From NCBI GenBank assembly GCA_035264545.1, contig DATFPZ010000150.1:1-34004 (forward strand): a stretch of 34,004 bases of DNA, read 5' to 3'. A model generated the notes under the pieces. The model worked only from the letters and a program-made list of their open reading frames with translations. It had not been told where the DNA came from and made no database searches. Origin of the DNA: Acidimicrobiia bacterium. Its GTDB lineage: Bacteria > Actinomycetota > Acidimicrobiia > IMCC26256 > JACDBD01. Numbering within the stretch: position 1 is the stretch's first letter; the number at the start of each line of letters is the position of its first letter. Both the position numbers and the translations under genes were made by a program. Shown here piece after piece: positions 32,433-34,004 of the stretch.

Positions 32433-32861
32433 ATGTTCCTCGGGGAGTACCAACACTCCCTGGATGCCAAAGGGCGGGTGATCCTGCCCTCGAAGTATCG
32501 CGACCAGCTGTCGGGCGGCGCCTTCGTGACCAGGGGGAGGGGCGGTTGCCTCTCCGTCTATACGGCGCAGGAGTTCCGTGAAGTGGCCGACCGGGTGCGA
32601 GAGGGATCGAAGCGAGGTGCGCGCGAGCTCGATGCCGCCCGCTCGTTCTTCGCAGGCACGGCCGAGGTCACGCCCGACAAGCAAGGCCGGATCGCCATCC
32701 CTCAGAACCTCCGCGAGTACGCGGGGCTCGATCGGGACGTGGTGGTGGCCGGCGTCTTCTCCCGGGTCGAGATCTGGGACGGGCGCCGGTGGTCGGAACG
32801 TGACCGGGAGGGTGAGCACAGCCTCAACGAGTCCGACGAGCTGCCGGACTTCGGGATCTGA
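32433..32861 (+). CDS. mraZ: transcriptional regulator MraZ
   Basis: GAGGGAG lies 4 nt upstream of ATG 32433. MFLGEYQHSLDAKGRVILPSKYR and the second repeat DKQGRIAIPQNLR are the two SpoVT/AbrB-like MraZ motifs. 142 aa. Confidence 0.95.
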   Translation: MFLGEYQHSLDAKGRVILPSKYRDQLSGGAFVTRGRGGCLSVYTAQEFREVADRVREGSKRGARELDAARSFFAGTAEVTPDKQGRIAIPQNLREYAGLDRDVVVAGVFSRVEIWDGRRWSERDREGEHSLNESDELPDFGI

Positions 32862-32919
32862 CGAGGGCGCAAGCAAGGCACGAGCACAGAGCAGTTGACA
32901 ATCGATGGTGAGGTCCTCA

Positions 32920-33044
32920 CGGGCCTGCCACCAGCCCCCTGGGCGACACGGTTGAGAGCCCCTACTCCGCCCGCTTTCCAACCGAGTCGATTCGGGGAGA
33001 CAACCGAGCGGCTGTCGTTGTCCGGGGGGCTGGTCACAGGCCCG
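32920..33044 (+). ncRNA. structured RNA element in the mraZ-rsmH spacer (26-bp closing helix; possibly the published mraW leader motif)
   Basis: 32920-32927 pairs with 33037-33044 (8 bp). After a 2x2 internal loop, 32930-32947 pairs with 33017-33034 (18 bp including 3 G-U). The G-U pairs exist only in the + strand transcript. Interior hairpin at 32982-32995. Confidence 0.5.
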
Positions 33045-33066
33045 GGAGCGCACGAGGGGGCGCACG

Positions 33067-34002
33067 GTGCCCGAGTTCGCACATCAGCCGGTGATGGGCC
33101 GGGAAGTCGTCGAGCTCCTGGCCCCGGTCCCGTCCGGGCTGATCGTCGACGCGACGGTCGGCGGCGGCGGGCACGCCCGCCTCGTGCTGAAGGCCCGGGA
33201 CGACGTGCGCGTCCTCGGCATCGACCGTGACCGGGACGCAGTGATGGCGGCCCGGGACGCCCTGGCGGGATACGGGCCGCGAGCCCGGGTCGTGCGAGGT
33301 GGGTTCGAGGCCCTTGCCGGGATCGTGAGCACCGAACGCGAGGGGAACATCGTGGGGATCTTGTTCGACTTGGGCGTGAGCAGCCCGCAGCTCGACCGGA
33401 GCGAGCGCGGCTTCTCCTATTGGTCCGACGCGCTGCTCGACATGCGCATGGACAGCGCCCAGGAGCTGACCGCGGCGAAGGTCGTGAACACCTACGCCCA
33501 GGACGACCTCGCCGCGATCATCGCCGGGAACGGCGAGGAGCGATTCGCGCGACGGATCGCGCGCGCCATCGTCGCCGCCCGGCCGTTGCGCACCACCGGC
33601 GAGCTCGTGGACGCGATCAGAGCCGGCATCCCGGCGCCGGCGCGGCGACGCGGGCGCCATCCGGCGCGCCGGACGTTCCAGGCGATCCGCATGGAGGTCA
33701 ACCGCGAGCTGCCGAACCTTGCCGCCGGACTGGACGAGTCGGTGCACGTGCTCATGCCGGGCGGGCGCATCCTCGTCATCGCGTACCACTCCCTCGAGGA
33801 CCGCCTCGTGAAGCGGCTCTTCGCCACCTGGGCCGGACACGACGACCCCGAGCCTCCCGGCATGCCCGTGACGAGACCGCGCAACCCCCTGGTGCGCCTC
33901 CTCACGCGCCGGCCTCGCCGGCCCGACGCCGATGAGGTCGCCGAGAACCCACGGTCGGCGAGCGCGCGCTTGCGGGCGGTCGAGAAGGTCCGACCGTCAT
34001 GA
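33067..34002 (+). CDS. rsmH: 16S rRNA (cytosine1402-N4)-methyltransferase
   Basis: GTG 33067 lies 6 nt after GAGGGGG. HQPVMGREVVELL, DATVGGGGHA, FDLGVSSPQLD, DMRMD, HSLEDRLVK. Its TGA (34000-34002) overlaps an ATG at 33999, probably the start of the next dcw gene. Confidence 0.95.
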   Translation: MPEFAHQPVMGREVVELLAPVPSGLIVDATVGGGGHARLVLKARDDVRVLGIDRDRDAVMAARDALAGYGPRARVVRGGFEALAGIVSTEREGNIVGILFDLGVSSPQLDRSERGFSYWSDALLDMRMDSAQELTAAKVVNTYAQDDLAAIIAGNGEERFARRIARAIVAARPLRTTGELVDAIRAGIPAPARRRGRHPARRTFQAIRMEVNRELPNLAAGLDESVHVLMPGGRILVIAYHSLEDRLVKRLFATWAGHDDPEPPGMPVTRPRNPLVRLLTRRPRRPDADEVAENPRSASARLRAVEKVRPS

Positions 34003-34004
34003 GC

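Noticed and set aside
32895-32900. A perfect TTGACA hexamer as an internal promoter for rsmH.
   Set aside because: No TANNNT-like -10 lies 16-18 nt downstream (CACGGG and neighbours). It is kept only as a remark.
32895-33230. A 111-aa ORF in the mraZ-rsmH spacer that runs into rsmH.
   Set aside because: It is out of frame with rsmH, has no motif, and the same DNA forms the 26-bp RNA helix. It is more likely a structured leader than a protein.

Overview
This is a very GC-rich, GC3-saturated chromosomal segment of actinobacterial type. It is densely coding, with about 38 protein genes. I saw no rRNA, tRNA, CRISPR array, transposase or integrase. All calls come from reading the ORF translations and the DNA by eye; no database search or folding program was run.

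Layout:
- 0.17-4.4 kb: six genes chained by start/stop overlaps. They encode a membrane protein, an SRPBCC protein, an ArsA-like ATPase, a small protein, a ROK glucokinase and an LLM oxidoreductase.
- 4.4-17.4 kb: a lipid/phospholipid-turnover neighbourhood. It holds three tandem Tat-signal phosphoesterase (PLC/AcpA family) paralogs, the middle one frameshifted in a C-run. These lie downstream of a PaaI-type thioesterase and an enoyl-CoA hydratase. A divergent CYP125-like P450 sits behind a KstR-like operator. The rest of the block is a low-GC3 pocket with a small secreted-peptide ORF, a HAD hydrolase, an AlaC-like aminotransferase, a TetR regulator with a PlsC-type acyltransferase (perfect 16-bp operator over the tetR promoter), and glycerol kinase.
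- 17.9-25.8 kb: a phosphofructokinase with a PPi-type residue signature, TesB, threonine aldolase, an SDR, a PIG-L deacetylase, and overlapping Nudix-DinB-oxidoreductase genes.
- 25.9-34.0 kb: a DUF3040/MerR pair, a MoxR-DUF58-transglutaminase operon, a small W/R-rich protein plus an HNH endonuclease, then the start of the dcw cluster (mraZ, rsmH).

I see no obvious mobile or defence island. The items most worth a second look are:
- the hydratase-thioesterase-3x phosphoesterase unit under a KstR-like box;
- the frameshifted middle paralog;
- the atypical-codon pocket at 12.0-12.45 kb;
- a strand-specific 26-bp long-range RNA helix in the mraZ-rsmH spacer;
- the promoter and GTGG repeats upstream of mraZ.
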